A DNA stretch of 54,469 bases from Nitrospinota bacterium (lineage in GTDB: Bacteria > UBA8248). The DNA lies in contig JAYGFR010000108.1 in assembly GCA_046581755.1 (NCBI GenBank), positions 1-54,469 on the forward strand, written 5' to 3'. The notes beneath the pieces are model-generated. The model was not told the DNA's origin. It saw nothing but the letters and a program-made list of their open reading frames with translations, and searched no databases. Made by a program: the position numbers and the translations under genes. Positions within the stretch are counted from its first letter, which is position 1. Every line of letters begins with the position of its first letter. Below, piece by piece: positions 20,328 through 29,345 of the stretch.

Positions 20328-20873
20328 ATGAAGCTGACTGGCGCCGACATTCGAAGGCAGGATTTTCCCAGAAAAATGCGCGGCTACGATCCGTTCGATG
20401 TCGACGCATTTCTCCAGGTCGTCGCGGATACCGCCGACCAACTGAATATGAAAAACGAGGAATTGACCGAGGAGGTCGTGGAGCTAGCCAAAAAGGTCGC
20501 CGAAATGCACCACCAGCGCGATCAACTCGATCGCAGTCTTCAGGCGGTGAATGACCTCCGCGAGGAGGTGAGGACGCGCACGGAAGCCCTGCTTGAGAAC
20601 GCGCTGGCCGAGGCCGAGCAGATTATGAATCGGGCCGAGGAGGATTCGTCCCGCATACGCCAGGAGGCGGAGTGGAACTCCCGCCGGTTGCGGGAGGAAA
20701 CATCTTCGCTGGAAAAACTTCGCGATAAAACGATCCGGGATTTCGCCGAACTCCTGGGAACGCAGACCCGCCTTCTCGCAAACGAGGCGGAGCGGATGGG
20801 TGTCGATATATTGGCGGCTGACAGCGGAAAGGTGGTCCCGATCAACCATAAAGCGGAGGGCGAGGGATCGTGA
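20328..20873 (+). CDS. divIVA: DivIVA domain protein
   Basis: N-terminal LT..DI...F...RGY...VD.FL motif followed by coiled coil. Confidence 0.88.
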   Translation: MKLTGADIRRQDFPRKMRGYDPFDVDAFLQVVADTADQLNMKNEELTEEVVELAKKVAEMHHQRDQLDRSLQAVNDLREEVRTRTEALLENALAEAEQIMNRAEEDSSRIRQEAEWNSRRLREETSSLEKLRDKTIRDFAELLGTQTRLLANEAERMGVDILAADSGKVVPINHKAEGEGS

Positions 20874-21175
20874 TTCCGGTCCGGCGCGAAAGCGGCGGCC
20901 TGAGCTTTGAGGTGGCAGTCCTTCCCCGCTCTTCGCGGGTGGCCATCGAGGGGGAGTTCGACGGTGCCCTGCGGGTCCGTCTGACGGCGCCGCCCGTGGA
21001 CGGTTCGGCGAACAAGCAGTGCGCCGAGGTGTTGGCGAAGGCTTTCGGGGTTCCCAAAAGCGCAGTTGAAATCGTGTCGGGAAAAAGTTCGAAGCGCAAG
21101 AGGGTCCGTATCCTGCACGGCGATGCCTCTACCATCGAAAACGAGCTGGCCACGCTGCTCGATATGACTTCCTGA
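20870..21175 (+). CDS. yggU: DUF167 / YggU family protein
   Basis: LRVRLTAPPVDGSAN, LAKAFGVPKS, SGKSSKRK. Confidence 0.9.
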   Translation: MIPVRRESGGLSFEVAVLPRSSRVAIEGEFDGALRVRLTAPPVDGSANKQCAEVLAKAFGVPKSAVEIVSGKSSKRKRVRILHGDASTIENELATLLDMTS

Positions 21176-21223
21176 CCTCCCCGCCGAATAGTTCCTTCCG
21201 CACCCTACGCCATCGGAGATGAC

Positions 21224-22270
21224 TTGGAGATCGAGGGAAATTTCAACACGGTCGAATACCGCAGCGGTGCGCTCCGGCTGATCGATCAGCGGCGCCTGCC
21301 CGCCGAGGAGAGCTATGTCGAGTGCCGCTCGGCGGGCGAGGTGGCGGAAGCTATCCGCGCCATGACCGTGCGCGGCGCACCCGCGATCGGCGTTGCGGCG
21401 GCCTACGGGATGGCGATGGCGGTGGGGAGAAGCGCGCATCTGGGCCCGGAGGCGCAAATCGCGGTGCTGGACGAAGCTGCCGCAGTCCTTTCGGGGGCGC
21501 GGCCCACGGCGGTGAACCTGTTTTGGGCCATTCGGCGGATGCGCGAGGCGGCCGAGGCGTCCGAATTCGCCGGGGAAAAGCTGGCCGAGGAGCTTCTTGA
21601 ACTCGCCCACGAGATACACCGCGACGATATCGCCACATGCCGCCTGATCGGAGATCATGGCGCGGCCCTCCTTTCGCCCGAAACCAGTCTGCTCACCCAC
21701 TGCAACGCAGGTGCCCTGGCCACGGCCGGATACGGAACGGCCGGCGGGGTGATCCGGAGCGGGTTTCGTGAGGGGAAGGTAAGCCGGGTGTTCGTGGACG
21801 AGACGCGACCATTTTTGCAGGGCGCAAGGTTGACGGCTTGGGAACTCAGTCGCGACGGCATTCCGGTCGTTCTGATCACGGACAATATGGCGGCCTATTG
21901 CATGCGGCTCGGGAAGATCGGCGCCGTAGTTGTCGGGGCGGACCGGATCGCCGCCAACGGCGATGTGGCGAACAAGGTCGGCACTTACGGCCTGGCCGTC
22001 CTGGCGCGAGAGCACAAGATTCCGTTTTATGTGGCCGCCCCGATGAGTACCATCGACATGGACACGCCGAGCGGGGACGAGATTCCCATCGAGGAGCGCC
22101 CGCCTGAGGAGGTGCGCCGCATCGGCGATACTCTCATCGCCCCCGAAAAGGTGGAGGTGTTTAATCCCGCCTTCGACGTGACGCCCGCAGGTTTGGTGGA
22201 TGCCCTCATCACCGAGCGGGGGTTAGTACGGCTGGCCGAGGGGGAGAGCGTTGGCTCTTTGTATCCATAG
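21224..22270 (+). CDS. mtnA: methylthioribose-1-phosphate isomerase
   Basis: IDQRRLP, VRGAPAIG, RPTAVNL, THCNAG, ETRPFLQG, NKVGTY, NPAFDVTP. Confidence 0.96.
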   Translation: MEIEGNFNTVEYRSGALRLIDQRRLPAEESYVECRSAGEVAEAIRAMTVRGAPAIGVAAAYGMAMAVGRSAHLGPEAQIAVLDEAAAVLSGARPTAVNLFWAIRRMREAAEASEFAGEKLAEELLELAHEIHRDDIATCRLIGDHGAALLSPETSLLTHCNAGALATAGYGTAGGVIRSGFREGKVSRVFVDETRPFLQGARLTAWELSRDGIPVVLITDNMAAYCMRLGKIGAVVVGADRIAANGDVANKVGTYGLAVLAREHKIPFYVAAPMSTIDMDTPSGDEIPIEERPPEEVRRIGDTLIAPEKVEVFNPAFDVTPAGLVDALITERGLVRLAEGESVGSLYP

Positions 22271-22336
22271 GCCACAAGTATTGAATCAACGGAATAGAGC
22301 AGATTCCCGGTGGATTAGGCTTTCCAATCCAGCCTG

Positions 22337-22365
22337 TTGACCTGGGAAAGACGGGGGCATATAAA
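22337..22365 (+). promoter_or_regulatory. sigma70-type promoter for tRNA-Asp
   Basis: TTGACC (22337-22342), 17 bp, TATAAA (22360-22365). Confidence 0.55.
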
Positions 22366-22405
22366 CTGACTCGCCCGGCCTGTCGGCATTCATCTTTATA
22401 ACGCG

Positions 22406-22482
22406 GGGGCTGTAGCGAAGCTGGTTATCGCGCCGGCCTGTCAAGCCGGAGATCGCGGGTTCGATCCCCGTCAGCCCCGCCA
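22406..22482 (+). tRNA. tRNA-Asp(GTC)
   Basis: Acceptor stem GGGGCTG/CAGCCCC, anticodon arm CCGGC-CTGTCAA-GCCGG, T-loop GGTTCGATCC, encoded CCA end. Confidence 0.97.
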
Positions 22483-22493
22483 AATTAATTCAG

Positions 22494-22525
22494 GCCGCCG
22501 GAAAATATCCCGGCGGCTATTTTTT
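22494..22525 (+). terminator. intrinsic terminator after tRNA-Asp
   Basis: GCCGCCGG...CCGGCGGC hairpin followed by TATTTTTT. Confidence 0.7.
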
Positions 22526-22536
22526 GGGGGGATGGC

Positions 22537-24216
22537 ATGGCTACCGAAACGTCTCCAATGCATGCGGGCCAGGCGGTCGTTGAGGCCCTGGTCAAGGAGA
22601 ACGTCAAGAAGGTTTTCTGCGTTCCCGGCTCGCATGTGCTCCCGCTCTACGATGGGCTGCGCAAGGCGCCATCCATCCAGCTTGTGACCTGTAAGATGGA
22701 GCCCAACGTAACGCTGATGGCCGATGCCTACGGGAGGCTTACGGGCGAGCCCGGCATCTGCCTGCTTACGGCGGGTCCGGGGGTGGCGAATTCCGTGGCT
22801 GGCCTGGCCCAGGCTTACGGGGCCGCCTCTCCGGTGATTCATCTCACCGGGGCCGTACCGCTCAAGGCTTCGCGTGAGGCTTTTCATGGGGTCGATAATC
22901 CCGAATTCACCGTCGAGTTGTGCCGCCATGTAACGAAATGGAGCGTGCGCGTCCGGCGGATCGAGGATATCCCCTCCATCATGGCAGAGGCGTTCCGCGT
23001 CTGCCGGAGCGGAAGGCCGGGGCCGGTCCATATCGAGTTTCCCCGCCTCTCGGACTATGCGCCTTATATCCTCCAGGCCGAGCCCGTCTCGTTCGCCGCC
23101 TATCAAACGGCGCCGGTTGAGGTGATCGAGCCCTCCAGCGAGGACGTCGATCAGTTCGCGCGCCGGCTTCTGGGCGCGAAGGCCCCTGTCATCTGCGCGG
23201 GCAAGGGCGTGATGCGGAAAAACGCCATGAAAGAGGTGGCCGAGATTTCCGAGATGCTTTCCATCCCGGTGGTCTATCCCCAGGATTCGATGGGTGTCAT
23301 TCCCGACGATCATCCCTTCGCTGCCGGTCATTTTATCGGCACCCGGTCGGACCCCAGGTTCCAGTATGTTATGGAAAAAGCCGATCTCCTCTTATCGGTC
23401 GGGCTCAGGGCCTCGACGGCGGAGACCGAATTTCTGAGGGAGGTAGCTCCCGAGGAGAGTATTCTCGTTGGATTCGACGATTCCGAGGATGAGAATTATT
23501 CCCGGAAAGACGAGATCGTCGCCGACCCGAAGCTGTTCCTAGGCGCTCTCCTTGAGCGCCTGAAAGGCGAGGCGCGGCCCGTCAACGAGGAGGTCAAGGG
23601 CGAGATCGCCCGGATTCGATCCGAGTTCAGGGAGACGGTCAGCGCCTATCTCGACGGCGGTCGCGATGAGACTCCGGTTCATCCGGGGTTCATCGTGGAA
23701 ACGGTTGCGGGCATGATCGACCTGGATGCGGTGGTCGTGAGCGATGTCGGGAACTGCCAGATGTGGGGGCGGTTTTATCTTCCGATCACGAACCCCGAAT
23801 CGTTTTTGCAGTCGGGCGTCTGGAACGCGATGTCATTTTGCCTCCCGACGGCGATCGTCGCCAAGCTCGAATACCCCGACAGGCAGGTGGTGGGGATTTC
23901 GGGCGACGGCGCCTTTTTGATGACCATCGGGGATTTCGTCACCGCCTGCGAGTATGGCGCCAATGTGGTTTTCGTGATTTTCAACGACGGAGCATTCTCG
24001 CAAATGATTGGCCAGCAGGAGAAGCTCTACGGCGAGGCCTACGGGTGTGAATTCCAGAGTCCCAACTTCGCGGAGATAGCCAACGCCTGTGGCGGTTTCG
24101 GTATTCGCGTCGAGAAGCCGGACGGCCTCGCACCGGCCCTGGAAAAAGCGTTTTCCTCGGACACGCCCTCCATCGTTGACGTATCGACAACCTATAGGCC
24201 GCTTCCGCCCAATTAG
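22537..24216 (+). CDS. thiamine pyrophosphate-dependent enzyme (acetolactate synthase-like superfamily)
   Basis: VFCVPG, MADAYGRLTG, TAGPG, GPVHIEFP, TPP motif GDGAF...NDG. Confidence 0.88.
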   Translation: MATETSPMHAGQAVVEALVKENVKKVFCVPGSHVLPLYDGLRKAPSIQLVTCKMEPNVTLMADAYGRLTGEPGICLLTAGPGVANSVAGLAQAYGAASPVIHLTGAVPLKASREAFHGVDNPEFTVELCRHVTKWSVRVRRIEDIPSIMAEAFRVCRSGRPGPVHIEFPRLSDYAPYILQAEPVSFAAYQTAPVEVIEPSSEDVDQFARRLLGAKAPVICAGKGVMRKNAMKEVAEISEMLSIPVVYPQDSMGVIPDDHPFAAGHFIGTRSDPRFQYVMEKADLLLSVGLRASTAETEFLREVAPEESILVGFDDSEDENYSRKDEIVADPKLFLGALLERLKGEARPVNEEVKGEIARIRSEFRETVSAYLDGGRDETPVHPGFIVETVAGMIDLDAVVVSDVGNCQMWGRFYLPITNPESFLQSGVWNAMSFCLPTAIVAKLEYPDRQVVGISGDGAFLMTIGDFVTACEYGANVVFVIFNDGAFSQMIGQQEKLYGEAYGCEFQSPNFAEIANACGGFGIRVEKPDGLAPALEKAFSSDTPSIVDVSTTYRPLPPN

Positions 24217-24232
24217 GTGCGTGAGGACAAGG

Positions 24233-25237
24233 ATGCCCAGGGGCATTGCCTGGGTGACGACACCCTTTCTTCTCAACTACGAAGACCCAAAAGACCTGTT
24301 CCGGCCCCTGTCCGAGGAGGCGGACCTGGAGGTGCGCCTCGATGTGGTCGGCGCCCGGATGACGGAAGGCGAACTCATTCGGGGGCTTTCCGGCGTTGTG
24401 GCGGTCATCGCCGGAGCGGAGCCCTATACCCCCCGGGTGTTCGAGAGCGCCGCCAGCCTGCGCATCGTCTCCCGCTCGGGTGTCGGGCTGAACAGCATCG
24501 ACCTGGATGCGGCCACGGCCAGCGGGGTGGTCGTCACCCACGCTGCAGGGCAAAATGCGGTGTCGGTGGCAGAGCATACGATGGCCATCCTCCTCGCGGC
24601 GGCACGGCGGTTGCCCTGAATGGAGGAGAGGTTCCGCAAGGGGGCCTGGCGGGAGGTACAGGTTCCGCTGGCGCCGCTCATGGGAAAAACGCTGGGCATA
24701 CTCGGATTCGGGAACATCGGAAAGCAAGTGGCGCGCCGGGCGGCGGCCTTCGATATGGAAATCCTGGCCTACGATCCGTATCCGGACGAGGCCTATGCGG
24801 CTGAGGTGGGCGCCGCGTTTCTCCCGCTGGAGGAGGTGGCCCGGCGGGCGGATTTTCTGTGTTGTCATGTGCCCCTCATTCCGGAGACGCAGGGTCTCAT
24901 CGGGCGCGATCTGCTCTCCCTCATGAAGCCGGGCTCATTTGTCGTCAACACCTCACGCGGCGGGCTGGTGGATCTCGACGCGGTGGCCGATGCACTCGAT
25001 GGGGGGAGGATCCGTGGGGCGGCCCTCGATGTGTTTCCCGAGGAGCCGCCCGAATTCGCCCACCCGATCTTTTCGATGGAAAATGTGGTGCTGACCCCGC
25101 ATGCGGCGGGCCGGGGCGAGGATGCCATCCACAATACCGTCCGGCACGCGATAACCTGCGTCATTGAATATTTGGCCGGCCGCCGCCCTCCCGATGTGGC
25201 GAACCCCGATGTATTTGACTGCCTGGATATTCCTTGA
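24233..25237 (+). pseudogene. D-2-hydroxyacid dehydrogenase (SerA-like) interrupted by an in-frame TGA at 24617-24619
   Basis: ORFs 24233-24619 and 24620-25237 are contiguous in one frame: RSGVG.NSID, N..SVAEH, then GILGFGNIG, NTSRG, LDVF.EEP, TPH. Confidence 0.8.
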
Positions 25238-25304
25238 ACGGGAGGGATGTGCGCTGAAGTGAGGCGATTATCTCTGAATTCCGGCCTCCGAGGAGGCCAT
25301 TTCA

Positions 25305-25347
25305 TTGACTTTATAGTAAGCCTCCATATAATAAGGCTCCATACTAT
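25305..25347 (+). promoter_or_regulatory. promoter with overlapping putative MarR operators
   Basis: TTGACT (25305), 16 bp, TATAAT (25327); repeats TAAGCCTCCATA / TAAGGCTCCATA flanked by ATAGTA...TACTAT. Confidence 0.65.
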
Positions 25348-25370
25348 TTCGATTCATTTCGAGGTTCGAT

Positions 25371-25895
25371 ATGTTCTATATGCGTGAGCTTCCCTCGCGC
25401 GACATGATCGATGCGATGGGCCGGGTTTATCCCGAACTCGATTCAACCGCGCTCGAAGCGTGCTATGTCCTGCTTCGAACGGGAAGCGATGTTTTAACGG
25501 CCTTCGATGAAAATCTCTCCCGGCATCATATTACCCAGTCCCGGTTTATCGTCCTTTTGCTTCTGAAGCGGATTCACCTCCGCCATCTCTCGAACGGGGA
25601 GATGAATCCCTCGAATCTCGCCGAGCAGGCGGGCGTGAGCCGGGGAACGATGACCGGGCTTCTCGACGGCCTCGAACGGGATGGCCTGATCGAGCGTGAA
25701 CTCCAAAATGGCGACCGCCGGAGATTCGCCATCCGGATGACAGAAAAGGGAAACAAAACCCTCGATCGCATTTTTCCGGACTACTACAACCGCATCGCCG
25801 GATTGATGGAGAATCTGAGCGAGGAGGAAAGAGGGACGCTGATTGCGCTTTTGAATAAGGTGAAGAGTGGGATTCCCGCGCTCCGGGTGTCCTGA
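25371..25895 (+). CDS. MarR family transcriptional regulator
   Basis: Winged HTH: NPSNLAEQAGVSRGTMTGLLDGLERDGLIER, DRR, TEKG. Confidence 0.92.
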   Translation: MFYMRELPSRDMIDAMGRVYPELDSTALEACYVLLRTGSDVLTAFDENLSRHHITQSRFIVLLLLKRIHLRHLSNGEMNPSNLAEQAGVSRGTMTGLLDGLERDGLIERELQNGDRRRFAIRMTEKGNKTLDRIFPDYYNRIAGLMENLSEEERGTLIALLNKVKSGIPALRVS

Positions 25896-25943
25896 CGGCA
25901 ATTATATATAAACGAGCGAAACGAAATAGGGGAGGCCGATTGA

Positions 25944-27188
25944 ATGCCTACACCGAAGGTGATCATCCAGTTGTACCCGATGCTGCCCACCGAGGACCGG
26001 GCGGACCGGGAGAAAAAGCGGCCTATCGGCAGGGACAAGGATCTCTATCACAAAGTCCTCCACGACTGGATGGACATCGTCAAGGCGGCGGACGAGCTGG
26101 GTGTATGGGGCATCAGCACGATTGAGCACCATCTCCATTCGGAGGGCTACGAGGTGGGCCCGAACCCCGGAATTTTGAACGCCTGGTGGGCGTCCAACGT
26201 CAAGAACGCGCGTCTGGGCGCACTGGGCTACGTCATGGCGGCCCAGGACCCCATCCGCGTTGCCGAGGAGACGGCCATCCTCGACCACATCACCAAGGGA
26301 AAATTCTTCTGCGGGGTGGCGCGCGGCTATCAGTCGCGCTGGACGAACGTTTTGGGCCAGTTCACCGATTCGGTGGCCGCTGTCGCCAGGTACTTGGGCG
26401 GCAAGGACGACATCCGCAACCGCGAGATTTTCGAGGAGCGGACGGAGATGCTCATCAAATGCTGGACCCAGGATTCGGTCGAATTGAACGGAAAATTCTA
26501 CAAGGCGCCTTATCCATTCGAGGAGGGAATCGAGTACCCGGCCTGGAAGAGCGCCCAGGCGGCCGGCAGCGAGGGCGAGATCGACGCTCAGGGGAAGGTA
26601 AGGCGGATCAGCGTTTGCCCGCCGCCTTATCAGAGCCCGCATCCTCCTGTATTTCAAGCGGTTAGCGCCAGCGCCGATTCGATAAAATTCGCGGCGAAAA
26701 ACGGTTTCCGGCCCACCTATTTCACCAAGCTCGAAAAGATGGTCGAGTTTTGTCACTTGTATGTGGAAGAGGGCCAAAAGGCGGGCCACGACTTCGTGCT
26801 CGGCGAGCGCCAGAACATGTGCCGGTGGATTCACGTGGCCGATTCCGAAAAGGAATACGACGAGAAACTTCGAAGGTACGACCAGGACATCTACCAGAAT
26901 TTCTACGTCCCCTTTTTCCCGCAATTCCCCGACGATACCTCGAACATCGATTGGATCGAAAACATCAAGGAGAGCGGCATTTTCCACGGCGGGACGCTGG
27001 ACCAACTCACCGAACAATTCGTGAATTCCTACAAGGAGTTGCCGGCTGAATTTATCACCCTGATCTGGCACTACGCCCAAGAGCCCAAGGATGAGGTGAT
27101 TTACGAGCTCAAAACCTTCATGGAAAAAGTGGTGCCGGAGCTCGAAGCGCCCGTGACAAACGGCGTGACGGTTGGAGGCGTCGGGTAG
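25944..27188 (+). CDS. luciferase-like (LLM class) flavin-dependent monooxygenase
   Basis: KAADELG, EHH, PIRVAEE.AILDH..KG, GVARGY, PYQSPHPP; GGGGAGG RBS. Confidence 0.88.
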   Translation: MPTPKVIIQLYPMLPTEDRADREKKRPIGRDKDLYHKVLHDWMDIVKAADELGVWGISTIEHHLHSEGYEVGPNPGILNAWWASNVKNARLGALGYVMAAQDPIRVAEETAILDHITKGKFFCGVARGYQSRWTNVLGQFTDSVAAVARYLGGKDDIRNREIFEERTEMLIKCWTQDSVELNGKFYKAPYPFEEGIEYPAWKSAQAAGSEGEIDAQGKVRRISVCPPPYQSPHPPVFQAVSASADSIKFAAKNGFRPTYFTKLEKMVEFCHLYVEEGQKAGHDFVLGERQNMCRWIHVADSEKEYDEKLRRYDQDIYQNFYVPFFPQFPDDTSNIDWIENIKESGIFHGGTLDQLTEQFVNSYKELPAEFITLIWHYAQEPKDEVIYELKTFMEKVVPELEAPVTNGVTVGGVG

Positions 27189-27256
27189 CGGTATCCTTGA
27201 GCCGGCGGTGGGGGCCTCCGCGCGGGCGGCGGCCCTTGATTTTTGCTCCCTGAACG

Positions 27257-27982
27257 ATGGAGGGGAAAATGTACGAAATCGTCGATCTGAGTCAGGAAAT
27301 CTACACCGATGCCCCCCGGTTTCCGGGCCATCCCGCAACGAAAATCGAATACATCGCGCGCCATGAGGACATGGCCAACGCCCCCATCAAGCCCAAGGAT
27401 ATCACCTATGCGGCGATGATGCTCCACATGTGCGATCACGGGCCGACGCACACCGATTCGGTCAGTCATATCGACGAGCGCGAGACCGCGCCCCATATCG
27501 ATCAGTCCCCCCTGAGTACGTTCGTCACGCGGGCCATCGCGCTCGATTTTACGGGCAAGGTGGAGCCGAAAGAAGAGATCTCGCTGCACCTTCTCCAGGA
27601 CGAGCTTTCTAGCCAGGGCCTCACGCCGCCCCGGGAGGGGACGTTTCTTTTCACTGGGGGCCACTATAAACGAACGTTTCCGGACGATGGCTACGTTTCC
27701 GAGTATCCGGGCCTGGGCCGCGAGGCCGCGGATTTTCTCTACCGCGAGTGCGGTGTGGTCAACATCGGCCAGGACGCCCCCAGCATCGATGCCGCCATCA
27801 ATGCCAACGAGCTGACGTTTCCGTGCCACGTTCTTTGCCGGGAGCTTCAGCGCGTGAATACGGAAAATCTGGCCAATATCGAAGAGGTGGCCGGCAAGGA
27901 GTTCCTCTACGTCGGGCTCCCGCTGAAAATTCGCAACGGGACGGGATCGCCCGTCCGCGCGGTGGCCATTCTGGGCCTGTAG
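27257..27982 (+). CDS. cyclase family metallo-hydrolase (kynurenine formamidase/isatin hydrolase-like)
   Basis: VDLS, HGPTHTD (HxGTHxD-like), GQDAPSID, ENLAN, PLKI..GTGSPVRAVA. Confidence 0.88.
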   Translation: MEGKMYEIVDLSQEIYTDAPRFPGHPATKIEYIARHEDMANAPIKPKDITYAAMMLHMCDHGPTHTDSVSHIDERETAPHIDQSPLSTFVTRAIALDFTGKVEPKEEISLHLLQDELSSQGLTPPREGTFLFTGGHYKRTFPDDGYVSEYPGLGREAADFLYRECGVVNIGQDAPSIDAAINANELTFPCHVLCRELQRVNTENLANIEEVAGKEFLYVGLPLKIRNGTGSPVRAVAILGL

Positions 27983-28010
27983 GCGGCAAAATTCCGGATT
28001 AATGGTTTAA

Positions 28011-28023
28011 TATCAACCAGTTA
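28011..28023 (+). promoter_or_regulatory. putative IHF-binding site
   Basis: TATCAACCAGTTA matches WATCAANNNNTTR in an AT-rich intergenic region. Confidence 0.35.
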
Positions 28024-28101
28024 GATTTCACTCGGGCATGGGATCCACATTGCGCCCGCGCCTCTGGCGAATGAATTGCGCCCCCGCGCTCCAGTTTTTT
28101 C

Positions 28102-28131
28102 ATTTTGAAATCTTCAAAATTCGTGTAGAAT
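28102..28131 (+). promoter_or_regulatory. inverted-repeat operator over putative promoter of the ABC substrate-binding gene
   Basis: ATTTTGAA-ATC-TTCAAAAT perfect 8-bp IR covering TTGAAA; TAGAAT at 28126. Confidence 0.45.
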
Positions 28132-28295
28132 TAGAAATCTGATTACGTCGAGCCGCTAATTGTCCAATTCGCGGTTAATTTAGTGTCGCCTGGGAAATTT
28201 TTCCCACATCTGGCGTGACACGGGGGCCGATCCCATATTACGAGATTCACATGCCGCCGCGCGTGGCCAGTTTTTTTTCAAGGAGGAGTGGAAAG

Positions 28296-29285
28296 ATGAA
28301 GAGAATTGCCAGTTTCCTAATTGCCGCCGTAATGGCGTTGGGCCTGCTTGGCGCAGGTCTTGCGGAATCGGCCACACTGCGGATCGGCGCTCACCGTGCG
28401 CTGATGGGCTCGTTCGAGGTCGTCGCCCACAGGGCGGGTTTTTGGAAAAAGCAGGGTCTCAAATATACCATCGCAAACTTTAAACAGGGCAAGCTGATGC
28501 GCAACGCCATCATCCAGGGCAACCTGGACACGGGCACGACGGGCTTTTCGCCCTTCTCGACCGCTATCTCAAGAGGCGCCCAGGTCACCGCCATCGGCGT
28601 CACCGCCAACATCTGCGACACCCAGCACATCGTGGTTCCGGTGAATTCGAAAGCCAAGAGCCTGAAAGACCTTAAGGGTGTCACCTTTGCCAACAAAAAG
28701 GGAACGAGCACAGACTTCGCGTTTCAGTCCTACGTCATCCCGGCGTACGGCTTGAAGAGTTCGGATTTTCCACTCCTTAGTGTTCGGACGACCGAGCGCA
28801 TTTCGGCCATCGTTTCGGGTAACGCCCAGGCGGCCTTAGTAGGCGACCCGATGCTCGAGATTGCCATTCAGGCCGGCCAGATCCGATCGCTCGAGAACCT
28901 GTGCAAGTACGACAAGACCCGCATGATGCACGTTGGCAACCCGGACACCCTGAAAAAACACCCCGAGCTTTATGCGAAGTATTTCAGGGGCTGGCTCATG
29001 GCCCACAAGCTTCTCAAGGATGACCCCGACAAGTACGCCAAGATTTACCATAAGGACCTCATCGAGCTCGGCACAAAGGTGAAGCTCAGCGTTATCAAGG
29101 TCATCGTCCGGCGTCTCCGCTCCGAAGTTTTCATCACGGATGAGGTGAAATCCTATCTGAACGACATGAACAAGAAACAGATAAAGCTCGGTTGGATCAA
29201 GAAGTCTACCGACTTCAAGAAGACCAGATTTATCGACGATTCCATCCTGCGCAAGGTTGCGGCCGAGATGAAATACACGAACTAA
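28296..29285 (+). CDS. NitT/TauT/SsuA-type ABC transporter substrate-binding protein
   Basis: Signal peptide, GFWKKQGL, SLKDLKG, KGTSTD, GNAQAA; AGGAGG RBS. Confidence 0.85.
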   Translation: MKRIASFLIAAVMALGLLGAGLAESATLRIGAHRALMGSFEVVAHRAGFWKKQGLKYTIANFKQGKLMRNAIIQGNLDTGTTGFSPFSTAISRGAQVTAIGVTANICDTQHIVVPVNSKAKSLKDLKGVTFANKKGTSTDFAFQSYVIPAYGLKSSDFPLLSVRTTERISAIVSGNAQAALVGDPMLEIAIQAGQIRSLENLCKYDKTRMMHVGNPDTLKKHPELYAKYFRGWLMAHKLLKDDPDKYAKIYHKDLIELGTKVKLSVIKVIVRRLRSEVFITDEVKSYLNDMNKKQIKLGWIKKSTDFKKTRFIDDSILRKVAAEMKYTN

Positions 29286-29306
29286 AGATTCCGGCCGTTC
29301 GAATAG

Positions 29307-29345
29307 TCCCCCCCAGGGCTTCGGGCCCTCGGGGGGATTTTTTTT
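29307..29345 (+). terminator. intrinsic terminator
   Basis: TCCCCCCCAGGGC-TTCG-GGCCCTCGGGGGGA followed by T8. Confidence 0.8.

Noticed and set aside
22286..22483. 65-aa minus-strand ORF (MAGLTGIEPAISGLTG...)
   Set aside because: Antisense reading of tRNA-Asp
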